In this document: piece after piece, positions 56,487 to 64,000 of the stretch
Layout: every line of letters starts with the position of its first letter
How positions within the stretch are numbered: the stretch's first letter is position 1
Virus record (IMG/VR): IMGVR_UViG_3300029651_000001
Location: 1-64,000 of that record
Source: a virus
Strand: one strand, 5' to 3'
Length of the DNA: 64,000 bases
Position numbers and translations under genes: made by a program
Notes under the pieces: model-generated
Seen by the model: only the letters and a program-made list of their open reading frames with translations
Database searches by the model: none
Told to the model about the DNA's origin: nothing

Positions 56487-57959
56487 ATGGCAGCTCCGAA
56501 AAGGACTTCTAAAGGGTCTGTAGACCCTATAAAGCTTCCTAACTCCCTTATTAAAGGGGTCAGGACGGCGACCCCGGCGTCAGGAAAGGATGCCGATTCG
56601 TCTATTTCCAACACACTGACTTCGGCCTTCAACAGGTCGATTACAGATCTCCGCACCCTCGAGGATAAAGAGGCATTGCGCCTGCTTGCTCGAGCCTACG
56701 GAGATGTCTCGACAGCAGTCTGGTCTACCTTGAGCCTGGCGAACACGCCGTTGAAGGTGCTGGCCTACGACAGCCAACATCAGATCAGCTTCGACGGCAC
56801 GATGCTGACCAAGACGATCCTGACTCGGATGAATTACACGTCGGACTACACCAAAGGGTTCGACGATCGGCCGTCTCTGGAAGGGATCAAAAACTCTCTT
56901 CTGAGAGACATCCTTCTGGCGGGCGCGTGCGGGGGAGAGTTGGTTCTCGATGAACAACGCCTCCCCAACCAATTCAGAGTCACATCAACCAAGACTCTTA
57001 AGTTCAAGACCGGTACCAAACGGAGTGGTACGTCCTACAACATTGTGCCAGTGCAGAAAGTAGGCTCTGACGAAGTCATACTTAGTTTCCCCACCTTTTT
57101 CTATGAGGCTTTGGATCAGGATCCGGAGTCCGCGTACGCGTTCTCGCCTCTTGAGCCGGCACTGAATTCGGCTCCGCAGTACACGGAGTTGCTGGAGGAT
57201 GTTCGCCGAGTGGTCCGGCGGTCCGGACATTCCCGCCTAGTGGTCAAACTGATCACTGAACAGATCATTAAATCTGCACCGCCGGAATACAAAGGTGACC
57301 CGGACAAGATGCAGACCTGGATGACCACGCTGCGGGACCAGATTAAGGAGGAACTGGAGAACCTGAGCCCGGAAACGGCGTTGGTGTTGTTCGATACGCT
57401 GGAGGCCGACTATCTCAATTCCCAGATTGGCGGACAGTCAGAGTATGGGCCGTTGGTCGAAACTTTTGACGGGGTTCAGTCCACAGCACTCAAGACACCT
57501 CCCTCGGTTCTGGGCAAACGGATGGGGGGGTCCCAGAACGTCTCATCCACTGAGTCGCTGCTTTTCATCAAGACCGCATCAAGAATCCAACCCCCTGTCG
57601 CTGCGGTGCTATCTAGGGCGATGACCCTAGCCGTCCGGCTCTACGGGTTCGACGGGTACGTGATGGTCTCATTTGACCCAATCGATTTGCGGCCGGAGCA
57701 CGAGCTCGAAGCCTTCAAGCAAATGAAACAGCAGAGGGTGTTGGAGCTCTTGTCACTCGGGTTCCTGACTGACGACGAGGCCGCGGAGGAGTTGCGCACC
57801 GGGATGAGAGCCCCGGGAGCGCCCAAGTTGAGCGGGACATTCTTCTACCAAAACCAAGGATTAGGAGCCCCTCCCAACCCAAACGGGGACCCCGCTAAGC
57901 GGGCGTTAACCGGCGACTCTCCGAAGTCCAGCGGAGGTCGGGACAATGCACAAAGGTGA
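56487..57959 (+). CDS. Portal protein
   Basis: 490 aa, directly after terL and upstream of the S49 protease, matching lambda-like head-module order. No motif verified by eye. Confidence 0.6.
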   Translation: MAAPKRTSKGSVDPIKLPNSLIKGVRTATPASGKDADSSISNTLTSAFNRSITDLRTLEDKEALRLLARAYGDVSTAVWSTLSLANTPLKVLAYDSQHQISFDGTMLTKTILTRMNYTSDYTKGFDDRPSLEGIKNSLLRDILLAGACGGELVLDEQRLPNQFRVTSTKTLKFKTGTKRSGTSYNIVPVQKVGSDEVILSFPTFFYEALDQDPESAYAFSPLEPALNSAPQYTELLEDVRRVVRRSGHSRLVVKLITEQIIKSAPPEYKGDPDKMQTWMTTLRDQIKEELENLSPETALVLFDTLEADYLNSQIGGQSEYGPLVETFDGVQSTALKTPPSVLGKRMGGSQNVSSTESLLFIKTASRIQPPVAAVLSRAMTLAVRLYGFDGYVMVSFDPIDLRPEHELEAFKQMKQQRVLELLSLGFLTDDEAAEELRTGMRAPGAPKLSGTFFYQNQGLGAPPNPNGDPAKRALTGDSPKSSGGRDNAQR

Positions 57960-58221
57960 CATCGAGTGGCATAGCGGCGTTCTCCGTGTCTTCGCCCCTG
58001 GCAAGAGCAAACAAAACCGAGACCACTATGTCTGGTGTTGCACAGTCCAGCGGGTAGGAGACACCGCAATCCTGTCCGGGGTGCTCGAAGCTCCAAGCGC
58101 GACCATCAGAAAGGCAGGAATACAAGCCCTTGCCTCGCAAGGTGTAAGGTTCGTTGAGTGGGAACGCTGGGAACCGGGGTCCAGCGAACCGAGAAAGAAA
58201 ATCAGAGTAAGAATTGCATGA
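57946..58221 (+). CDS. Hypothetical protein (91 aa)
   Basis: ATG 57946 with GGAGG 8 nt upstream. Confidence 0.5.
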   Translation: MHKGDIEWHSGVLRVFAPGKSKQNRDHYVWCCTVQRVGDTAILSGVLEAPSATIRKAGIQALASQGVRFVEWERWEPGSSEPRKKIRVRIA

Positions 58222-58529
58222 TGGATCAGTTCACCACCACAGAACCTTCGATAAAAACTTGGATAGGACTGATTAGTACAGTCGCACTATCCGCGGCAGG
58301 TTCCGCCATCGCTGCGATAAAGTGGACAGTTAATAAGTACATACAGAAGATCGAAGCCACTGAGACCAAGATAACCGAGCTGCAGAGAACATACGTCTCC
58401 CGCACCGAACTAGAGTCTTACCTCGCCAAGCTGGAATCCCGCCTGGAGACGCAGACGGTGTCTGGTTTCAACTCCATGCATCGGCGCCTAGACGAGCTCT
58501 ATCAAACGCTGTTGAACAGCTCCAAGTAA
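58218..58529 (+). CDS. Membrane-anchored coiled-coil protein (103 aa)
   Basis: ATG 58218 in an ATGA overlap. TM segment WIGLISTVALSAAGSAIAAI followed by a heptad-like region. Confidence 0.55.
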   Translation: MMDQFTTTEPSIKTWIGLISTVALSAAGSAIAAIKWTVNKYIQKIEATETKITELQRTYVSRTELESYLAKLESRLETQTVSGFNSMHRRLDELYQTLLNSSK

Positions 58530-58572
58530 CATCTGAATTACTAGCTTGTATCGTCCCTGCTACAGTGATATA

Positions 58573-58590
58573 ACATTGTCAGCTCAATGT
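58573..58590 (+). promoter_or_regulatory. Stem-loop with a UCAGCU loop
   Basis: ACATTG TCAGCT CAATGT. It has the same transcript-sense loop as hairpin 287-304 and covers the track start codon at 58587. Confidence 0.4.
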
Positions 58591-58601
58591 CAGGGATCGA
58601 C

Positions 58602-59999
58602 ATGCACCGCTTCGAACTATGGATGGGGAATTCCGCCTCGCTGGATGACTATATCCAGCGCATTCAGGCTGTTTCCAAGGGGCTTTACGCCTACTCTGAT
58701 GACGATAGCCCGGATCCGGTCTATTTCGACCTACAAGGCAACCTCGGCATCGTTCCCATTAAGGGGTCGTTGACCAACAGCGACGCCTGGTACAACCGGT
58801 TCCTTGGCCTCACCTCTTACACCCAAATCCGCAATGCCTTGATCGAGGCGTCTCAACACCCGGACGTCGAGACCATTCTCATGACGGTCGACTCGGGAGG
58901 AGGCTCTGCCTCCGGCGTTTCCGATCTCGGTCAACTCATCAAGCTGATCAATGCCGACGTCAAGCCGGTAGTCGCACACACCAGTGGCACGATGGCTTCC
59001 GCCGCGTATTGGCTTGGCGCTTCGGCCGGCAAGGTTTACGCCTCGGACACCGCGGCCGTCGGCAGTGTTGGCGTTATCGCCGTCCACATGGACATCTCGA
59101 AGTCGCTGCAGCAGGACGGCATCAAAGCCACAGTGTTCCGCGCTGGGGACTACAAGGCGCTCGCCAACCCGTACGAACCCTTGTCCGACCGGGCCAAGGC
59201 GCAGATGCAGAGCCAGCTTGACACCCTGTACAGCATTTTTGTCGACCACGTCGCAGACGCTCGAGGCGTGAGCGCGGCCTACGTCAAGGAGCACATGGCC
59301 GACGGCAAGGAGTTCATTGGCAAGGACGCCAAAGACGCTGGGCTGGTGGACGAAATCCTGTCCCTCGATCAGCTCGTTCAGAAATTGCAGGCCGAGAAGC
59401 CTGCTGACTCACGATACAAGGAGGTATCCGTGGCACAGAAATCCCGCAAATTGACCGATAAGACGGTGGCTGCGATTGCAGCCGGCGTCGACGTGAAGAC
59501 CGCTCTGGAACAAGCGCCGGAAAGCGAAACGGAGACGACCGAGACGCGTACAGACCCTACCCCCGAGGCGAATACCGAGCTCCCCGCAACGGACCCCACG
59601 CCTGCGGCTGAGGACTCCGAGCCCAAGACTTCTCAGGACCAGGCGCCCCTCGTCAATTATCTGCAAACCCAATTGGACGCCAAGACCAGCGAGCTTGTCG
59701 ATCTGAAGGCTGCCAACAAGCAGCTGGAAGCTCAGCTGGCCGGTTACAAGGCCAATGAACCTGAGCTCTGCAAGATCGTGGCGCAGTACACCAACAAGAT
59801 GCAGATCGCTTTAGGTGGCATAGCCGTGGATCTATCCAAGCTGCCGGCCGACACCTTGCTGGCACAGTGCGCTCAGGTCCAGGAAACCTTCAACAAAACC
59901 TTCCCGGTTGGGGGCGTAACGGCGACCCCGTCCATGGAGGAATCCCCGACAGCCGAAGCGGACCCCGCCAAGCTCAGAGCCGTTAAGCTGAAGAAATAA
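58602..59999 (+). CDS. Head maturation protease (S49/SppA family) fused to a scaffold-like C-terminal region
   Basis: Motifs VDSGGGSASG, GTMASAAYWLGASAGKVYAS and GSVGV. The C-terminal half is an acidic/Pro-rich linker plus coiled coil, as in lambda C/Nu3. ATG 58602 with an AGGGA RBS. Confidence 0.8.
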   Translation: MHRFELWMGNSASLDDYIQRIQAVSKGLYAYSDDDSPDPVYFDLQGNLGIVPIKGSLTNSDAWYNRFLGLTSYTQIRNALIEASQHPDVETILMTVDSGGGSASGVSDLGQLIKLINADVKPVVAHTSGTMASAAYWLGASAGKVYASDTAAVGSVGVIAVHMDISKSLQQDGIKATVFRAGDYKALANPYEPLSDRAKAQMQSQLDTLYSIFVDHVADARGVSAAYVKEHMADGKEFIGKDAKDAGLVDEILSLDQLVQKLQAEKPADSRYKEVSVAQKSRKLTDKTVAAIAAGVDVKTALEQAPESETETTETRTDPTPEANTELPATDPTPAAEDSEPKTSQDQAPLVNYLQTQLDAKTSELVDLKAANKQLEAQLAGYKANEPELCKIVAQYTNKMQIALGGIAVDLSKLPADTLLAQCAQVQETFNKTFPVGGVTATPSMEESPTAEADPAKLRAVKLKK

Positions 60000-60025
60000 C
60001 TCTTGCGTAACAAGGAGGTTCGCAG

Positions 60026-60469
60026 ATGACCACGTTTGCTTTTACCGAGTTAGTGCCCACCGAGAAGGTGCTTTCCACCGCCTTAGGTCCGGACGCCAAC
60101 ACCAAGTTTGCCGACGCGGATGTCGGCAAGGCTGTGAAGTTGGGTACTGCCAACAACTATGTCGCAGTCGTCGCCGACGACGAGATCGAGGGCTTTGTGA
60201 CTTCGATCGAGCCGTTCACCGTGAATAGTGGGTTTTCGTTTGGAGGTGTCGTCGTCTCTGGCCGGGTCACGGCCGAAGTTGGCGCCAACCAGGGCGTGAC
60301 CCCAATGGCCGTGGGCGACTACGTCGTCGCCGACACCCCGGTGGCCTTGGGCACCGCGGGCAAAGCGAAGGTGAAAACCGGTGCGCCGTCGAAATATCTC
60401 TGGCGGTGCGTCCGGATCATCTCCGGCACCGGAGCAGCGGGCAGCACCGTCCTGCTCGAAAGAACTTAA
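60026..60469 (+). CDS. Head decoration-like protein (147 aa)
   Basis: AAGGAGG RBS. Lies between the protease-scaffold and the capsid gene, at the lambda D position. Gly/Val-rich, beta-type sequence. Confidence 0.45.
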   Translation: MTTFAFTELVPTEKVLSTALGPDANTKFADADVGKAVKLGTANNYVAVVADDEIEGFVTSIEPFTVNSGFSFGGVVVSGRVTAEVGANQGVTPMAVGDYVVADTPVALGTAGKAKVKTGAPSKYLWRCVRIISGTGAAGSTVLLERT

Positions 60470-60501
60470 TTTATCTCATCGGGCAAGGAGGCCTTACAGA
60501 G

Positions 60502-61692
60502 ATGCCACAAATCAGAGACCGAGAAGGAAAAGTCCAGGAAGTCGACGTGACCCTGGAGGACTACAGGGGGGCCGTTGACTCGGGGATGAGTTTCCCGGCG
60601 TACCTCAAAACCAAATTCAAGACCGACGAGGAGAAGTACGGGACACCGTTCGAGCAAATGCTGGCCTCCAGCGGCTTCTTCTTGCGAGAAGACCGGGCCT
60701 CCGGCATCCGTCCGCCGACCGTGAAGCAGATGCTGGAGTACAACGGCAACTCGATCAGCATGGGCCCGCTGGTCCGTCCGGACGGTTCGCAGGCGCTGAC
60801 CATTACGGGTCGACTGCTGTTCGCGACGACCGTGATGGAATTGGTGGAAAGCGCTCTACTGGAAGACACCAGCTCGTATGCGGCCATGTGGAACCGGCTC
60901 ATTGCCGTAACTACGTCGGTGGACACGCCTCGGGTGGACATTCCGATCATCACGTCGACCGGGCCGCGTGCTGACCGTAGTCAGCCGATCGCTCAGTTGG
61001 CGACGCCGCCCAACATGACCAGCATCACGCTTAGCTCGAAGAGCTATCGGATGCCGACGTTCTCGATCGGTCTCGAAATTTCGTACGAGGCGCAAGCAGC
61101 GGTGACACTGGATCTGGTCAACATCATCCTGAAGCAGCAAGCTGAAGGCGAGCGGATGGCGTTGATCGACGAGGCGATCAAAAGGCTGGTCGACGGCGAC
61201 ACCGACTGGGGTTTGTCGGCGCTGTCCGCAGACCTGATCACCGCGTACGACAGTACCATTAACACCAACGGCAAGATGACCCAGGAGGCATGGGTCAAGT
61301 GGCTGCGCTCGGATCGGCGTCGCAAGACCATCAATTGGGTGATCGGAGACCTGAACGCTTATCTGGCTGTTGAAGGTCGCGAGAACCGCCCGACGGTCAC
61401 TAACAACAAGGGCACCGACGAGCGGATCAACTCCGTACCGGTCTTGGCCGATATCGGGTTGCCGCAGCAGGTCAACTTCTTCGACATCGACACCGATATC
61501 CTCGGCGCCAATACGATCGTCGGCGTGGATACCTCCAAGGCGATTCGCAAATGGGTATACACGGGGGCGGAGTATGAGGCTATCGAGCAGTTCGTGCTGC
61601 GTAAAGCTACTGCGCTTCGCATCGACTGGTCCGAAGCCTACGGCCGAATCTTCGACGAAGCCTTCAAGAAGACCACGCTGACTACTTCTTAA
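60502..61692 (+). CDS. Major capsid protein
   Basis: ATG 60502 with an AAGGAGG RBS. 396 aa, at the lambda E-like position and followed by a strong terminator. Confidence 0.65.
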   Translation: MPQIRDREGKVQEVDVTLEDYRGAVDSGMSFPAYLKTKFKTDEEKYGTPFEQMLASSGFFLREDRASGIRPPTVKQMLEYNGNSISMGPLVRPDGSQALTITGRLLFATTVMELVESALLEDTSSYAAMWNRLIAVTTSVDTPRVDIPIITSTGPRADRSQPIAQLATPPNMTSITLSSKSYRMPTFSIGLEISYEAQAAVTLDLVNIILKQQAEGERMALIDEAIKRLVDGDTDWGLSALSADLITAYDSTINTNGKMTQEAWVKWLRSDRRRKTINWVIGDLNAYLAVEGRENRPTVTNNKGTDERINSVPVLADIGLPQQVNFFDIDTDILGANTIVGVDTSKAIRKWVYTGAEYEAIEQFVLRKATALRIDWSEAYGRIFDEAFKKTTLTTS

Positions 61693-61698
61693 CCGATG

Positions 61699-61728
61699 GG
61701 CCGGGGCTAAGAACCCCGGCCTAATTTT
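61699..61728 (+). terminator. Rho-independent terminator after the capsid gene
   Basis: GGCCGGGG CTAAGAA CCCCGGCC followed by TAATTTT. Confidence 0.8.
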
Positions 61729-61733
61729 GCTTG

Positions 61734-61931
61734 ATGAGTGACTCGATTTCTCAACTTCGCGCCAGGCTACAGGAGCCATCTACTCGTATCGGGATTGTGT
61801 TTCTCGTTGGACTGCTGGGGCACAAGATCTCGATCGAATGGACGCAGAACGCCATCGACGCGTTTTTGCTCATCCTGTCCCTGTATGAAATTTGGCGCAA
61901 AGAGCACGCACACAAGGAGAACCCCCCGTGA
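61734..61931 (+). CDS. Hypothetical small protein (65 aa)
   Basis: ATG 61734 (the track start at 61731 is a TTG). No clear RBS. Hydrophobic stretch IGIVFLVGLL. Confidence 0.4.
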   Translation: MSDSISQLRARLQEPSTRIGIVFLVGLLGHKISIEWTQNAIDAFLLILSLYEIWRKEHAHKENPP

Positions 61932-62431
61932 GACGGACACTTAACGTACTTTTGTTTACTGGGTTAGCGGCGTTTTCGTCGATTAGCCACCCGGCAGCTC
62001 TTTCCGATTACCTGGAAAACAAACTTGTCGACTATTTGCTGCGAGGCCAAGCCTATTCGGCTCCGGCATCTGTTTATGTCACCTTGGCCACTACTTCCGG
62101 CAGTGATGCGGCTTGTGGCACCGAGGTCTCCGGAGGTAGCTTCGCACGGGTTGAGGTCACCAGTTCGCTTTCGAACTGGGCAGGCACTCAGTCCGCGGGG
62201 TCTACTACAGTATCCAGCGGCACCGGTGGTACGACGTCGAATAACGCGGCTATCACCTTCCCGGCGCCGACGGCGAACTGGGGTCAGGTGACCGAGTTTT
62301 GCGTTTTCGATGCAGCAACAGATGGCAACCTCTTGTTTCGATCAGCACTAACTACCCCGAAGACGATAAACAACGGGGACGCGGCCCCGAGCTTCGCGAT
62401 CGGAGCGCTCACGTTCCAGATCGATAATTGA
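61928..62431 (+). CDS. Virion-associated protein candidate (167 aa)
   Basis: GTG 61928 in a GTGA overlap. The pattern LENKLVDYLLRG...VYVTLATTS...GTEVSGGSFARV...ITFPAPTANWGQVTEFCVFDA recurs in phage structural modules, from memory. Confidence 0.5.
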   Translation: MRRTLNVLLFTGLAAFSSISHPAALSDYLENKLVDYLLRGQAYSAPASVYVTLATTSGSDAACGTEVSGGSFARVEVTSSLSNWAGTQSAGSTTVSSGTGGTTSNNAAITFPAPTANWGQVTEFCVFDAATDGNLLFRSALTTPKTINNGDAAPSFAIGALTFQIDN

Positions 62432-62440
62432 GGAGACGTC

Positions 62441-62863
62441 ATGACTCGCTTACTGTTGGCTTATTTAGCTGCCACGGCATTGCTGTCGGGTTGCGCAGGA
62501 TTCGGCCGCACTGAGGCGCTCGGCCTCACTCAGGCACTGCTTGCCGCTATCCCTCAAGACGCCATCACTCAAGGCACCTTCCTGACTGGCACTTTGGCGG
62601 ATTCAGGCTCGTTCGAGACGGCTGTGGCGCCGGTGAAGACCAGGCTGGCTGTCGTTCGCCGGTCAGCTGCCAAGGCCGTGAGAGAGAAACGCATCAACAT
62701 GGCGACAGCTAAAGAGATCTTGAGGCTGTCCGACAAAGCGGACGCCAAGATCAACCTCGCCTGGTCCGACAAGCAGGGCACCCTCGCGGCCAAGCTAGCC
62801 CTTGCGGATGCCGAAGCGCTGTTGGATCAGGCCGATACTTTGCTGGAAGGAACACGTAAATGA
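62441..62863 (+). CDS. Lipoprotein (140 aa)
   Basis: GAGGAGA RBS. Lipobox LLSGC after a signal-like N-terminus. Confidence 0.6.
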   Translation: MTRLLLAYLAATALLSGCAGFGRTEALGLTQALLAAIPQDAITQGTFLTGTLADSGSFETAVAPVKTRLAVVRRSAAKAVREKRINMATAKEILRLSDKADAKINLAWSDKQGTLAAKLALADAEALLDQADTLLEGTRK

Positions 62864-63024
62864 AAGTGGATGTTGCACTGAGGCTGTCGGCAGCCTTGCT
62901 AGAGGCTGCGGAGAAGGCTATCAAGAAAGGTCAGAACGAGTTCGATCTGATGGAAGCCTTGTCAGATGAAGCCGCGTCCGCCCGTGCGGACTTGGTCGAA
63001 GCTATCCAGGAAGCGCAGCCGTAA
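62860..63024 (+). CDS. Small helical protein (54 aa, below the track cutoff)
   Basis: ATGA coupling. Hand translation gives MKVDVALRLSAALLEAAEKAIKKGQNEFDLMEALSDEAASARADLVEAIQEAQP. Confidence 0.45.
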   Translation: MKVDVALRLSAALLEAAEKAIKKGQNEFDLMEALSDEAASARADLVEAIQEAQP

Positions 63025-63110
63025 TCCTTTTGTCTCGTCTGACACTGACGATCGAACTGGGTTGCGTGTTCCGTTGAGAGGTTTGTCCGAGGGCGTGACG
63101 AGTATGGGTC

Positions 63111-63551
63111 ATGGACTACCAGGCACTTAAAACTGAAATCGAAACCGGACCGCTGTCAGCCGAGATCGCGCCGTATCTTGCAAATGGCAACTTGGACGGC
63201 GTGCTCGGTGTACTCAACGATCTCCGGTTTTCTCGAGTCGCAGACACATATGTTAATGCGCGGCGGCTGATGTCGTTGCTCGGTGCCGCCGAAGCTGTCG
63301 TGATCCTCGACAAGCTTGATGCGGCCAAGGCCAGCGATGCGCGGCTCAAGTGGGCGATGAACTTCATGGTTAACGGCGGAGTTAACTTGGGGGATCCAGA
63401 AACCCGGCTAGCATTAGAAGACCTGGCGTTGTCGGGAGTGCTTACGAACGAAGAACGCGACACACTTAAAGCATTGGCGGAAGTGCCTGCGAGCCGAGCC
63501 GAACTGCTGTTCGGCCGACGACTTACTTTGCCTGACTTGTGGAGGCTTTGA
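63111..63551 (+). CDS. Hypothetical protein (146 aa)
   Basis: ATG 63111, in the late-module context. Confidence 0.55.
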   Translation: MDYQALKTEIETGPLSAEIAPYLANGNLDGVLGVLNDLRFSRVADTYVNARRLMSLLGAAEAVVILDKLDAAKASDARLKWAMNFMVNGGVNLGDPETRLALEDLALSGVLTNEERDTLKALAEVPASRAELLFGRRLTLPDLWRL

Positions 63552-63552
63552 A

Positions 63553-63948
63553 GTGACTGCTTTAGCCGCCAATTGGCGCATTCAAATTAAAAATTCAACC
63601 GGCGCCACGTCTGGAGCTGTGTCGGTCAAAGGCAAGCGCTGGGTACCCGGCAGCTCCGGGGAGATAAATTTCGAGGACAGCGAACAGACGTTCGCTTCCG
63701 ACACGACAATTGCGTCCGGCGCATATCTCTCAGGCTCGTCAATCAGTAACGACGGTGTGGGAGAAGGGTATCACGGCGTCCAACTGTCAATTTCAATTAC
63801 AAATGGATCGAGCGCCGGCAACTACGAGTTGTATTTGCAGCACTCGTCTGATGGTGGCACAACCTGGCCCGATGCTGGTGAGGGTGAGCTGATCGGCGTG
63901 GTAAATGTCGGCGCGAGCGCCACGAAAAAGACGAGCTTAGTTATTTAA
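63553..63948 (+). CDS. Hypothetical protein (131 aa)
   Basis: GTG 63553 with GGAGG 7 nt upstream. Ser/Gly-rich, beta-type sequence. Confidence 0.5.
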   Translation: MTALAANWRIQIKNSTGATSGAVSVKGKRWVPGSSGEINFEDSEQTFASDTTIASGAYLSGSSISNDGVGEGYHGVQLSISITNGSSAGNYELYLQHSSDGGTTWPDAGEGELIGVVNVGASATKKTSLVI

Positions 63949-64000
63949 TGTCGGTGATCACCCTTCCAAGCCGCAAGATCCGACTACGGGATTTCAAGCC
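63948..64000 (+). CDS. Partial CDS (5' end only; runs off the window)
   Basis: ATG 63948 in a TAATG overlap. Begins MSVITLPSRKIRLRDFK. Confidence 0.4.
   Translation, partial: MSVITLPSRKIRLRDFK

Overview
This GC-rich window reads as an interior slice of a large tailed dsDNA phage or prophage. I saw no rRNA, no host housekeeping genes and no integrase. Positions 404-51546 form an almost uninterrupted leftward (minus-strand) block. It starts with nucleotide-metabolism and replication/recombination genes: RNR beta, an SbcC/SbcD-like pair, a DnaQ-like exonuclease, dUTPase, a 1194-aa PolA-type polymerase, an SNF2 helicase, an AEP primase-helicase, an ATP-dependent ligase and an HU-like protein. 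About 80 tightly packed small ORFs of unknown function follow, many of them translationally coupled. Transcription diverges at about 51.6-51.8 kb. Positions 51840-64000 form a rightward late block: an AP2-like DNA binder, a strong intrinsic terminator, an SLT transglycosylase with small membrane ORFs, large terminase, portal, S49 protease-scaffold, a decoration-like protein, major capsid and further virion genes. The non-coding content is the most interesting part: (i) a circularly permuted, two-piece tmRNA gene at about 45.2-45.9 kb; (ii) a strand-specific family of intergenic hairpins with different stems but a conserved CAGCACA loop; (iii) a TTAACCCTTTGGAGA leader/RBS motif in more than 30 copies; (iv) oriented TTAAGGAC-NN-GTACTTAA sites, plus AAGGAC/GTCCTT and ACAGCGTCA palindromes, concentrated at 42.7-51.7 kb; (v) an AT-rich gene-free region of about 560 bp; (vi) a 135-bp tandem repeat of a highly structured unit at the window start. 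Many ORF-track entries begin upstream of the true start, so I trimmed starts using RBS position, stop/start coupling and the leader motif. All functional calls come from motifs read by eye and need homology searches.
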